Origin: Christensenellaceae bacterium
GTDB lineage: Bacteria > Bacillota > Clostridia > Christensenellales > Borkfalkiaceae
NCBI GenBank assembly: GCA_045590475.1
Contig: JAZNQZ010000038.1
Coordinates: 1,700 to 65,699 of the forward strand
Length of the DNA: 64,000 nt
Direction of reading: 5' to 3'
Shown in pieces: positions 18,586 to 26,921 of this stretch; within the stretch, counting starts at the first letter, position 1, and the number at the start of each line of letters is the position of its first letter. The position numbers and the translations under genes are program-made. The notes beneath the pieces are model-generated. The model made no database searches. It was not told the DNA's origin and was given only the letters and a program-made list of their open reading frames with translations.

Positions 18586-18789
18586 TTATTTGCAACCGCA
18601 ACCGCCGAAGCCGTTCAAGAAGCCACCGCCGTTTTTACAAAAACAGCAAATAAGTAAAAGCGCCACAGGTAAGCAATAACAACTGTTAAAAATTCCGTTT
18701 AAGCATCCACTTTTGCAAAGACAGATGATTAAAAGAATAATTAAAACCCAAAGACAGCAGTTACCACCAAAAAAATCAAAGCCGTTCAT
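18586..18789 (-). CDS. Small cysteine-rich hydrophobic protein (67 aa), unknown function
   Basis: MNGFDFFGGNCCLWVLIILLIICLCKSGCLNGIFNSCYCLPVALLLICCFCKNGGGFLNGFGGCGCK. The ATG at 18789 lies 8 nt downstream of GGAGG. The listed TTG start at 18804 overlaps that SD and is rejected. A terminator follows the gene. Confidence 0.55.
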   Translation of the reverse strand: MNGFDFFGGNCCLWVLIILLIICLCKSGCLNGIFNSCYCLPVALLLICCFCKNGGGFLNGFGGCGCK

Positions 18790-18911
18790 AAAATAAACCT
18801 CCAAAGTAATAAACCGCTCCGCCTATGTATAAAATTTTTTGTTTTGCGGAGTTCTATATTACCAATATAGTATTATTACTCTAAAAATGTTACAAACTTA
18901 CCTTTATTTAA

Positions 18912-18940
18912 TTGCTAACAATTAATTTTTATGATAAAAT
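18912..18940 (+). promoter_or_regulatory. Sigma-70-type promoter candidate for the ECF-S/coaX/hom operon (TTGCTA-17-TGnTAAAAT)
   Basis: TTGCTA at 18912-18917, 17-nt spacer, tgaTAAAAT ending at 18940. It leaves a leader of about 100 nt. Confidence 0.5.
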
Positions 18941-19044
18941 AATTAAGTCGACAAGCGATTATCTATTGAAATCGACTTATTTATCGATAAATATTTTTTT
19001 ATACAACGGATATCCTATTTTTAGGAATTCGATTGGAGGTTATT

Positions 19045-19653
19045 ATGATTAAGGAAAAGTCTAACTTTTTCACTGCAAGAAACGTTGCTCTTTTGGGGAT
19101 ACTAATCGCGTTAGTTATCGTGTTGCAATTATTTGCCAGTGCAATTCCAATGTTTGGAGTAACGCTTAACTTTAGTTTAATACCAATCGCGTTTGCAGGT
19201 ATTTTACTTGGCTGGTTAGGTGGGGCGATTGTTGGGTTTTCGTGTGGTCTCGTCGTTTTTATAACGATGGCAGTTTTAGGACAAGAACCGTCAACGGCGT
19301 ACCTATTTCAAACCAATCCATTTATTTTAACTTTAATGTGCATAGGTAAAACTACTCTTGCGGGGGTAGTTTCGGGATTACTATATAAAGTTTTTTCTAA
19401 AAAGAACTTGTTTTTGGCTATTTGTATAAGCGCAATCGTTATTCCAATCGTAAATTCTGGCGTTTATATGCTTGGAATAGTTTTGATGAAAGAATCGGTT
19501 GCTCAATTTATGGGACTTAACTCTTCTTCTGCAGGCTTGGTTTTTTCGGTTGTTTTTGGTTTAATTTGGCTCAATTTCGTGTTAGAACTAGCAATTAACG
19601 CTATATTTATTCCAGCATTTTATAGAGTAATTAAAGTACTTAATAAAAATTAA
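19045..19653 (+). CDS. ECF transporter S component (substrate-binding membrane subunit). Possibly pantothenate-specific, judged from context only.
   Basis: About 200 aa with 5-6 TM helices and the small size typical of ECF S components. It sits immediately upstream of coaX. The start is moved to the ATG at 19045, after ggagg. Confidence 0.65.
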   Translation: MIKEKSNFFTARNVALLGILIALVIVLQLFASAIPMFGVTLNFSLIPIAFAGILLGWLGGAIVGFSCGLVVFITMAVLGQEPSTAYLFQTNPFILTLMCIGKTTLAGVVSGLLYKVFSKKNLFLAICISAIVIPIVNSGVYMLGIVLMKESVAQFMGLNSSSAGLVFSVVFGLIWLNFVLELAINAIFIPAFYRVIKVLNKN

Positions 19654-19667
19654 TTACGGAGAAAATT

Positions 19668-20435
19668 ATGCTTTTAGCCATTGATTTAGGTAACACAAAT
19701 ATTAAATACGGTGTTTTTGACGGCGATAAAATGGTGGCGTCTTTCCGTGTATCTTCAAGAATTTCTAGAACTGCCGATGAATATGGTTCGGTTCTCGTTG
19801 GACTTTTGTCTAATAGTGGAATAAAAAATAGCGATATCGACGGAATAATCTTTTCTTCGGTTATCCCAGCACTAAATTACACCATTTGTCATATGTGCGA
19901 ATATTTCTTCGGTATTTCTCCGCTTATGATAGGGCCTGGAATTAAAACCGGCTTAAATATTAAGGCTGATAATCCAAAAGAAGTTGGGGCTGACATTATC
20001 GTAAACAGCGTTTCGGCGTTCAATAAATACGGTGGACCAATCGTCGTTATCGATTTTGGTACGGCAACCACTTTTGACGTTATCAGTGAAAAATGCGAAC
20101 TTATAGGCGTAGTTATCGCACCGGGTATTAAAACTTCTCTTGAGGGTTTAGCCACTAAAACGGCGCAACTTCCTATGGTTGAACTTGACGCACCGAAAAC
20201 CGTTATCGGTAAAAATACTAAACACTGCATGCAATCGGGTATTATTTTCGGTTTTGCAGGGTTGGTTGAAAATATTTTGAAAAAAATTAAAAAAGAACTT
20301 GGTCTTAATGAAATTACCGTCGTTGCGACGGGTGGTTTAGGCGAAATAATCGCCAAAGAAGTTAAACTTATCAATACCGTTGATAGAACTTTAACCTTAG
20401 ACGGACTAAGAATAATTTACGAACTTAACAAGTAG
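19668..20435 (+). CDS. coaX: Type III pantothenate kinase
   Basis: MLLAIDLGNTNIKYGVF N-terminus, DFGTATTFD, ATGG motifs of the CoaX/ASKHA fold. Confidence 0.9.
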   Translation: MLLAIDLGNTNIKYGVFDGDKMVASFRVSSRISRTADEYGSVLVGLLSNSGIKNSDIDGIIFSSVIPALNYTICHMCEYFFGISPLMIGPGIKTGLNIKADNPKEVGADIIVNSVSAFNKYGGPIVVIDFGTATTFDVISEKCELIGVVIAPGIKTSLEGLATKTAQLPMVELDAPKTVIGKNTKHCMQSGIIFGFAGLVENILKKIKKELGLNEITVVATGGLGEIIAKEVKLINTVDRTLTLDGLRIIYELNK

Positions 20436-20449
20436 TTGTGGAGGATATT

Positions 20450-21730
20450 ATGAAAAAAACAGGCGTTGCAATACTAGGACTTGGCGTCGTAGGTGGTGGA
20501 ACTTATCAAATTCTTACCGAAAAGAAAGAATATTTTAAGAAAACCCAAGGCGTAGACCTTACCGTAGAATGCGTTTTAGAAAAGAATATTGATAGAGCGC
20601 ATCAATTGGGAATTAGTGATGATAAAATTGCAAAGAGTATTGAAGAAGTCGTTTGTAATCCAAACGTAGATATCGTAGTTGAAGTTATCGGTGGAACGGG
20701 CGTTGCAAAAACTTTCGTTACCAAGGCTCTTAAAAGTGGTAAAACGGTAGTTACGTCAAATAAAGAACTTTTTGCTAAGCATTGGCCTGAACTTGAAGTG
20801 GAAGCAAAGAAAATGAACGCAGGTCTTTTCTTTGAAGCAAGTTGCGTTGGTGGTGTTCCAATTATTCGTACCTTACAAGAAGGTATGCAAGCAAATAAGA
20901 TTTTATCTATTAAAGGTATTATTAACGGAACGACTAACTATATTTTAACCAAAATGGCAGACGAAGGTTGGGGATATGAAGAAGCGTTAAAGGAAGCACA
21001 ACGCTTAGGATACGCTGAATTTGACCCTACTGCTGACGTTGAAGGGTTTGACGCTACTTATAAACTTTCAATACTTTCAAGTTTAGCGTTTAATAAGAAA
21101 ATTTGCATTGAAAACGTTTATCGTGAAGGTATTACTAACGTTAATATTAAAGATATTAATTACGGTAAAGAAATGGGTTATACTTTAAAACTATTGGGAA
21201 TAGGTAAGGATACCGATAAAGGCGTTGAAGTAAGAGTTCATCCAACCTTTATTAAAAATTCTAACCCACTCGCTTCAGTAAACGATAGTTTTAACGCCGT
21301 TCACTTGGTTGGCGATGCTGTTGGCGAAATTATGCTTTACGGTAGGGGCGCAGGCGCTCTTCCTACGGGAAGCGCAATCGTTTCCGACGTTATTTTCGCT
21401 GCAAAACACAACGAATTTTTCTATGCGAACTTTGAAAATAACGAAAAGGGTAATAAGGAAGTTAAATTTACAGGCGACTTTACTTCTAAATATTATATTA
21501 GATTGTCAGTTGCTGATAAAGCCGGCGTTTTAGCAAAAGTTTCGGGCGTGTTCGCAAAATGCAATTTGAGTATTTTAGAAGTTAAGCAAGTTTCTGAAAA
21601 AGAAGGCAAAGCGCAAATTATCGTTATAACTCACTTATCTAACGAAAGCATAGTTAAAAAAGCACTTGATAAACTTCAATCGCTTGATGAAGTTAACGAA
21701 ATCAAGGGCGTAGTTAGAATTGAAGACTAA
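20450..21730 (+). CDS. hom: Homoserine dehydrogenase (with C-terminal ACT domain)
   Basis: Rossmann GLGVVGGG, central NGTTNYIL...A...GYAE.DPT.DV.G.D motif, C-terminal ACT-like segment. The start is moved to the ATG at 20450 (MKKTGVAILG), after gtggagga. Confidence 0.9.
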   Translation: MKKTGVAILGLGVVGGGTYQILTEKKEYFKKTQGVDLTVECVLEKNIDRAHQLGISDDKIAKSIEEVVCNPNVDIVVEVIGGTGVAKTFVTKALKSGKTVVTSNKELFAKHWPELEVEAKKMNAGLFFEASCVGGVPIIRTLQEGMQANKILSIKGIINGTTNYILTKMADEGWGYEEALKEAQRLGYAEFDPTADVEGFDATYKLSILSSLAFNKKICIENVYREGITNVNIKDINYGKEMGYTLKLLGIGKDTDKGVEVRVHPTFIKNSNPLASVNDSFNAVHLVGDAVGEIMLYGRGAGALPTGSAIVSDVIFAAKHNEFFYANFENNEKGNKEVKFTGDFTSKYYIRLSVADKAGVLAKVSGVFAKCNLSILEVKQVSEKEGKAQIIVITHLSNESIVKKALDKLQSLDEVNEIKGVVRIED

Positions 21731-21742
21731 TTAAAATATTAT

Positions 21743-21780
21743 AAAAAATAAACCGTAAAGAGTTTTCTTTACGGTTTTTT
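21743..21780. terminator. Bidirectional terminator between convergent hom and the LysR gene
   Basis: aaaccgtaaag/ctttacggttt 11-bp stem with flanking A- and T-runs. Confidence 0.75.
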
Positions 21781-21783
21781 AAT

Positions 21784-22719
21784 TTATTTTTTTGAGTTAT
21801 ATTCGATAAACTTTTGACAAGCAAGTGAAAGGTAATGATTTTTCTTTTGGTAAAAATAAATATTTCTTTTCGTGATTAAATCGGGCAGTCTATAATAATA
21901 AACGTCGTGTTCGTTATCTAATCCCTTAATCAAGGTGTCGCTGACAAAAGAAATTCCCATTCCCGAACAAGAAATGTTATAAGCCGTAACTTGTTGGTCA
22001 AGGTGGAAGATAACGTTAGGGGTGAAAGCATATTTCTTAAAGAGTTTTTCGGCGCGTTTACCCGTGTCGTTTTCAGGGTTTAACACGATAAACGGTTGCT
22101 TTTTAAATGTCGATAATTGAACGCTTAAATTTTCATCAAAATGTTTATTATTTTTAATATCTTCACTTGAAAGTGCAAAATCTTTAATTTCTTGATTAAT
22201 GCTAAAACTTTTTGGTACGGCAAGCAATAAGATTTCATTAGTATAGACTTCTGAAACGATATTTTCATTTTCGTTTATCGCGTTATCGATAATGATATCA
22301 AGATTGCCGGAAACCAATTTATTCATAAGGTTTTTAGTGCTGTCTTCAAAAATTTCAAACTGAATTTGTGGGTGTAAAAGATTAAATTCATAAATCAATT
22401 TAGGTAAAACGAAAGAAGAGAAAAAACTACTTCCACCGATTTTAATCTTTCCTGCCATAAGATTGGTGTGGTCGTCGATATATCTAGAAAAATCCTTTTC
22501 TTTTTCTTGAATTGAAAGGGCGTATCTAACGTATTCTTTACCAATTTCGGTTAAAGAAATAGGACTGCTTGAACGGTCAAAGATTGGTGCGCCAATTTTA
22601 TCTTCGATTCTTTTAATAGAAGCAGAGAGCGACGGCTGTGAAACGAAAAGTTTTTCCGCTGCCTTAGTAAAGCCCCCTTCTTGATAAACTGCTAAAATAT
22701 ATTCCTTGTTTCTAAACAT
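21784..22719 (-). CDS. LysR family transcriptional regulator
   Basis: N-terminal HTH (YILAVYQEGGFTKAAEKLFVSQPSLSASIKRIEDKIG) plus a C-terminal substrate-binding domain. Divergent from aspA. Confidence 0.9.
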   Translation of the reverse strand: MFRNKEYILAVYQEGGFTKAAEKLFVSQPSLSASIKRIEDKIGAPIFDRSSSPISLTEIGKEYVRYALSIQEKEKDFSRYIDDHTNLMAGKIKIGGSSFFSSFVLPKLIYEFNLLHPQIQFEIFEDSTKNLMNKLVSGNLDIIIDNAINENENIVSEVYTNEILLLAVPKSFSINQEIKDFALSSEDIKNNKHFDENLSVQLSTFKKQPFIVLNPENDTGKRAEKLFKKYAFTPNVIFHLDQQVTAYNISCSGMGISFVSDTLIKGLDNEHDVYYYRLPDLITKRNIYFYQKKNHYLSLACQKFIEYNSKK

Positions 22720-22767
22720 TTTTTCTCCATAACTTAAAAGTGATAGTAAATATGTTTTAATATGTAT

Positions 22768-22796
22768 TTGATTATATCACACTTTTGTTGTATAAT
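22768..22796 (+). promoter_or_regulatory. Sigma-70-type promoter candidate for aspA (TTGATT-17-TATAAT)
   Basis: TTGATT at 22768-22773, 17-nt spacer, TATAAT at 22791-22796. Confidence 0.5.
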
Positions 22797-22837
22797 CAAG
22801 TTGTAAATAAAAAAATATTATTTTTTAGGGAAAAATT

Positions 22838-24217
22838 ATGCAAAAATTTAGATTAGAAAGTGATTCAATCGGGCAAAGAGAAGTTCCAATAGACGCTTAT
22901 TACGGCGTTCAAAGTTTAAGAGCGCACGAAAACTTTAAAATTAGTGGAACTAAAACGCATATAGAGTTGGTTAGGGCTATCGTTGAAATTAAAAAAGCGG
23001 CAGCAATTACCAACGGTAAAATTGGCGTTATTAGTGAGGAAATTGCAAATGCTATGTCTAAAGCGTGCGATGAAATTTTAGAAGGAAAGTTTGTTGACAA
23101 TTTTATCGTTGATGCAATTCAAGGTGGTGCAGGAACTTCGTTTAATATGAACGCCAACGAAGTCGTTTCTAATCGTGCCATTGAAATTTTAGGTGGTGAA
23201 AAGGGCGATTATTCAATCGTTCATCCTAACGACCACGCAAACTGTGGTCAATCCACTAACGACGTTTTCCCAAGTGCAGGTAAAATTGCAACTATTCGTT
23301 TAATTGATAAGGCAATCGATGCTTTAACCGTATTTTATAATGCTATTATCGAAAAAGCCAAAGAATTTAAAGACGTTATTAAGATGGGTAGAACGGAAAT
23401 GCAAGATGCAGTTCCTATCAGTTTCGGTCAATCTTTTACGGCTTATGCAAATGCGATTAAGCGTGATATAGAACGCTTTACCATGGCAAAGAAAGAACTT
23501 TCAGTTCTCAATATGGGTGGAACGGCAATAGGAACGGGAATTAACGCTCACGAAGAATATATTAAAAATATCGTACCTACTTTGGCAAAAGTGACGGGGT
23601 TAGACTTGGTTCAAGCAGACGACTTGGTTGATGCAACTCAAAACTTAGACGGCTTCGTTTACGTTTCAGGCATCGTTAAGGCTTGTGCAACAACCCTATC
23701 AAAAATGGCAAACGACTTTAGGCTTATGTCGTCAGGTCCAAGAACGGGTTTTGCTGAAATTAACCTTCCAGCAAAGCAAAACGGTTCTTCGATTATGCCG
23801 GGTAAAATTAATCCCGTTATTCCTGAAGTTATCAATCAAATTGCCTTTAACGTTATCGGTAACGATACTACTATTACTATGGCTGTTGAAGCAGGACAAC
23901 TTGAACTTAACGCGTTTGAACCTATTTTATTCTATTGCTTGTTTGAATCTTTAGAAACACTCACTAATGGTGTTAAAGTTTTCAAAACAGATTGTATTGA
24001 CGGGCTTACTATTAACCAAGATACTTGCGAAGATGAAGTTGAAAGAAGTATCGGTATAGTAACTGCACTTTGTCCTTTTATCGGCTATACTAAGGCTTCT
24101 AAACTTGCTAAAAAGGCTTTAAGAGAAAAGAAAACGATTAGAAGCGTGTTGCTAGAAGAAAAAATCATTTCACAAGAAGAATTGTCTAAGATTTTAGACC
24201 CTAAAAAAATGATTTAA
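22838..24217 (+). CDS. aspA: Aspartate ammonia-lyase (fumarase/aspartase class II family)
   Basis: GQSTNDVFPSA and the GSSIMPGKINP signature. The N-terminal SDSIGQREVPIDAYYGVQSLRAHENF pattern is closer to aspartase than to FumC (which has SQSSND). Confidence 0.82.
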   Translation: MQKFRLESDSIGQREVPIDAYYGVQSLRAHENFKISGTKTHIELVRAIVEIKKAAAITNGKIGVISEEIANAMSKACDEILEGKFVDNFIVDAIQGGAGTSFNMNANEVVSNRAIEILGGEKGDYSIVHPNDHANCGQSTNDVFPSAGKIATIRLIDKAIDALTVFYNAIIEKAKEFKDVIKMGRTEMQDAVPISFGQSFTAYANAIKRDIERFTMAKKELSVLNMGGTAIGTGINAHEEYIKNIVPTLAKVTGLDLVQADDLVDATQNLDGFVYVSGIVKACATTLSKMANDFRLMSSGPRTGFAEINLPAKQNGSSIMPGKINPVIPEVINQIAFNVIGNDTTITMAVEAGQLELNAFEPILFYCLFESLETLTNGVKVFKTDCIDGLTINQDTCEDEVERSIGIVTALCPFIGYTKASKLAKKALREKKTIRSVLLEEKIISQEELSKILDPKKMI

Positions 24218-24274
24218 CTTTTGATATTTTTGCGCAAAAGTAGTCGTCATAAACTTTGCGTAGGATTTATACGA

Positions 24275-24301
24275 AAAAAGACGGTATACCCCGTCTTTTT
24301 T
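24275..24301 (+). terminator. Rho-independent terminator for aspA
   Basis: aaaaagacgg/ccgtcttttt stem, 6-nt loop, T-run. Confidence 0.75.
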
Positions 24302-24357
24302 CGTTTATTTTTTGCAATATTTGCTTATTTTGCATTATTTTAAGTATGAATTTAGTA

Positions 24358-24386
24358 TTGACATAAGTGAAGTTTTATGATAAAAT
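24358..24386 (+). promoter_or_regulatory. Sigma-70-type promoter candidate for LRR lipoprotein 1 (TTGACA-17-TGnTAAAAT)
   Basis: TTGACA at 24358-24363, 17-nt spacer, tgaTAAAAT ending at 24386. Confidence 0.55.
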
Positions 24387-24401
24387 TTTATCAATATGTA
24401 T

Positions 24402-24623
24402 TAAGGAGAAATATAATGAAAAAATTATTAGTTATAGCACTTGCTATAATAACTGCGTTTTCTTGTTTTTCAATGGTTGCTTGCGGTGGTGGTGGAAGTA
24501 AAGAAGATGCCACTATTGACGGAATCACTTATACTTACAGTGAAGATTTAAAGGGTTACGTTGTAAGTTCTTACGAAGGAAGTGAAACTAAGATTGTAAT
24601 TAAAGATAAAGTTAATGGAACAA
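24402..24623 (+). repeat. Near-identical 222-nt 5' module (SD + signal peptide + first ~69 codons), copy 1
   Basis: It aligns without gaps to 25173-25394 (offset 771 nt), with about seven mismatches counted by eye. Identity drops sharply after aaagttaatggaacaa. Confidence 0.85.
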
Positions 24624-25048
24624 ATGTTTTAGAAATTGGTAAGAATGCATTTAAAGCCAACAAAACGATAACGGAAGTTACTCTTCCAAACACTATTGTA
24701 ACAATCAACGAAAGAGCGTTTGAAACTTGCACTAAATTAGCAAAAATTAATTTTGAAGAAGGTTTAACGCTTATTGGTACGCGTGCTTTTGCTGGTTGCT
24801 TTGCATTAACTCAAATTAGTTTACCTGCGTCTTTAAGTTCAATTAAGCCTTTTGCATTTGAAGGCTCAGTTAATTTGAAATTAATTGTATATGCTGGATT
24901 AATGAAAGATTTTAATGCTAAAAACGGTAAATTATCAATAGCCTCTGATGCTTTTGATAATGCTCCAGTAGAAATTATTCAATGTTCTAATGGTTCACTT
25001 AATAACGCGCTTAATAACGAAGTTGACAGAAGACTTGGAAAAATTTAA
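24416..25048 (+). CDS. Leucine-rich-repeat (BspA-like) lipoprotein, paralog 1
   Basis: Signal peptide with lipobox FSMVAC followed by GGGGS. Repeated ~22-aa units (I...AF..C..L..I.LP) are typical of BspA-type LRR. The start is moved to the ATG at 24416, after aaggag. Confidence 0.75.
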   Translation: MKKLLVIALAIITAFSCFSMVACGGGGSKEDATIDGITYTYSEDLKGYVVSSYEGSETKIVIKDKVNGTNVLEIGKNAFKANKTITEVTLPNTIVTINERAFETCTKLAKINFEEGLTLIGTRAFAGCFALTQISLPASLSSIKPFAFEGSVNLKLIVYAGLMKDFNAKNGKLSIASDAFDNAPVEIIQCSNGSLNNALNNEVDRRLGKI

Positions 25049-25110
25049 CTCTAAAGTTGTTGGCATCGTAAGATAATGCTAAAATAATTTAATATTCATA
25101 ATATTATGCG

Positions 25111-25139
25111 TTGAATATTGATTAAGAAATTGCTATAAT
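25111..25139 (+). promoter_or_regulatory. Sigma-70-type promoter candidate for LRR lipoprotein 2 (TTGAAT-17-TGnTATAAT)
   Basis: TTGAAT at 25111-25116, 17-nt spacer, tgcTATAAT ending at 25139. Confidence 0.5.
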
Positions 25140-25172
25140 AAAATCGCGATTTTAATTAAAAATCATATTTGA

Positions 25173-25394
25173 TAAGGAGAAATATTATGAAAAAATTACT
25201 AGTTATAGCACTTGCTATAATAACTGCGTTTTCTTGTTTTTCAATGGTTGCTTGCGGTGGTGGTGGAAGTAAAGAAGATGCCACTATTGACGGAATCACT
25301 TATACTTACAGTGAAGATTTGAAAGGTTACGTTGTAAGTTCTTACGAAGGAAGCGAAACTAAGATTGTTATTAAAGACAAAGTTAATGGAACAA
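25173..25394 (+). repeat. Near-identical 222-nt 5' module, copy 2
   Basis: See copy 1 (24402-24623). Confidence 0.85.
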
Positions 25395-25843
25395 GCGTTT
25401 TAGGCGTTGCGAAAAATGCATTAAAAAACAACAAAACGATAGCGGAAGTTACCTTTCCTGGCACTATTCAAATTATTGACGATAGGTCGTTTGAAGGTTG
25501 TTCAAAACTAGCAAAAATTAATTTTGCAGAAGGCTTAAAAACTATTGGTGTAAATACCTTCGCAGGCTGTTTTGGTTTAACTGAAATTAGTTTGCCAAAA
25601 TCTATGGCTGAAATTAAAATATCTGCCTTTGACGGTTGTGTTAATTTAACTGTAATTAGGTATGCTGGACTTAAAGAACAATTCAACACTTCAAAAGGTG
25701 CTTTCCATAACGGTGCTTTAAAGATTGCTACAACTGCTTTCGATGGTGCGCCTGTTGATGAAGTAATATGTGCTGACGGCTCATATAATAATGCCCATAA
25801 CAACGAAGTAGATATAATTTTAGGAAGACCACAAATTAGATAA
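25187..25843 (+). CDS. Leucine-rich-repeat (BspA-like) lipoprotein, paralog 2
   Basis: The first 69 aa are identical to paralog 1 (MKKLLVIALAIITAFSCFSMVACGGGGSKEDATIDGITYTYSEDLKGYVVSSYEGSETKIVIKDKVNGT). The C-terminal LRR part is roughly half identical by eye. The start is moved to the ATG at 25187. Confidence 0.75.
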   Translation: MKKLLVIALAIITAFSCFSMVACGGGGSKEDATIDGITYTYSEDLKGYVVSSYEGSETKIVIKDKVNGTSVLGVAKNALKNNKTIAEVTFPGTIQIIDDRSFEGCSKLAKINFAEGLKTIGVNTFAGCFGLTEISLPKSMAEIKISAFDGCVNLTVIRYAGLKEQFNTSKGAFHNGALKIATTAFDGAPVDEVICADGSYNNAHNNEVDIILGRPQIR

Positions 25844-25860
25844 TTTTAACTAGAAAAAGA

Positions 25861-25894
25861 AAAAGTGTTTATCATTATTGATAAACACTTTTTT
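25861..25894. terminator. Bidirectional terminator between LRR paralog 2 and convergent sepF
   Basis: aaaagtgtttatca/tgataaacactttt 14-bp perfect stem, 4-nt loop, flanking A- and T-runs. Confidence 0.8.
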
Positions 25895-25910
25895 AGTTTA
25901 TTTTATAGTT

Positions 25911-26243
25911 TTAAGCGTTAACTTCTACGCCTGATGGAGAGAACATATAAACGCCTTTACCCATTTCGTAAACACCACCACCGAGCGCGTAAATTGCACC
26001 TGATAACATATCTAAAACTCTAACAGCCGTTTCGGTTTTTAGACTAGTTAAATGAACCATTGCGTTTTTACCACTTTTAAGAGCGTCGATAATCGTTTCA
26101 ACGTCAGCGTAAGCCGTTGGACTAAAAACTGATAGGGGAGCGCTTTTATTTTCGCTAAAATTCACTCTTTCGTCAAATTCCGTCGTAACCCTTTCAGTTT
26201 GCGTTTTATTGGTGTTTCTTCCTAAAAAATCAAAAAGACCCAT
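25911..26243 (-). CDS. sepF: Cell division protein SepF
   Basis: MGLFDFLGR N-terminal membrane-targeting motif and a conserved C-terminal domain (VFSPTAYADVETIIDALKSGKNAMVHL...GGGVYEMGKGVYMFSP). The start is moved to the ATG at 26243, after GGAGG. It follows yggS as in dcw clusters. Confidence 0.85.
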   Translation of the reverse strand: MGLFDFLGRNTNKTQTERVTTEFDERVNFSENKSAPLSVFSPTAYADVETIIDALKSGKNAMVHLTSLKTETAVRVLDMLSGAIYALGGGVYEMGKGVYMFSPSGVEVNA

Positions 26244-26919
26244 AATTTCCTCCGTAATTTCTTTCCCCAAAAATCGTTCTGCCAAGTCTTATCATATTGC
26301 TTCCGTTTTTAACTGCAACCTTATAATCGTTTGACATACCGATTGATAAAAACTTAAAGTCAAAGCCTAAACCAATCATTTCATCGTAAAGAGCGCGCAT
26401 TTTCTTGCATAACTCTTCTTGCGTTTTTTCATCGTCAGTTTTAGGAAGCATTGCCATAAGCCCTAAAACTTTTAAGTTTTTATATTGGTCGTTTATTTTT
26501 TTAATATTTTCTTTTGCGTTAGAAAAATCGAAACCACTCTTTGAAAGTTCACCACCGATATTGATTTCAATAAGTACGTTTTGAACTAAATTTTTATTTT
26601 TACAATACTTATCTATTTCTTCTGCTAAATGAAGACTGTCCACCGAATGAATAAGTTCAATTTTTCCAACCAAATACTTAATTTTATTGGTTTGAAGATG
26701 CCCGATAAAATGTTGAACGGCTTTTTTAGAGATAAGTTCGTTTTTTTCTCTAAATTCTTGAACGCGATTTTCAGCAACTATTTTTAGTCCGTTTTCTACG
26801 GCTAAGTTAATAGTATCAACGTCAACCATTTTAGTCGCGCCGACAACTGACACTTTTTCGCCTAAATTATTGCCGTTTTTTATAAATTCAAAAACAGTTT
26901 TTAAATTATTTTCTATCAT
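26230..26919 (-). CDS. yggS: YggS family pyridoxal-phosphate-binding protein (PLP homeostasis)
   Basis: 229 aa, VSVVGATKMV (PLP lysine), HFIGHLQTNK, SIGMSNDY motifs. Confidence 0.9.
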   Translation of the reverse strand: MIENNLKTVFEFIKNGNNLGEKVSVVGATKMVDVDTINLAVENGLKIVAENRVQEFREKNELISKKAVQHFIGHLQTNKIKYLVGKIELIHSVDSLHLAEEIDKYCKNKNLVQNVLIEINIGGELSKSGFDFSNAKENIKKINDQYKNLKVLGLMAMLPKTDDEKTQEELCKKMRALYDEMIGLGFDFKFLSIGMSNDYKVAVKNGSNMIRLGRTIFGERNYGGNYGSF

Positions 26920-26921
26920 TT

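Noticed and set aside
24377-24415. Longest-ORF upstream extensions in the supplied track (24377, 25169, 34752, 54066, 46186, 31112, 26285, 13386, 12347, 18804, 19033, 20438, 29774, 42889, 45466).
   Set aside because: In each case an internal ATG is preceded at 5-10 nt by a GGAGG-like SD. That ATG also gives the canonical family N-terminus or signal peptide. The extensions run through promoters, terminators or the upstream gene.
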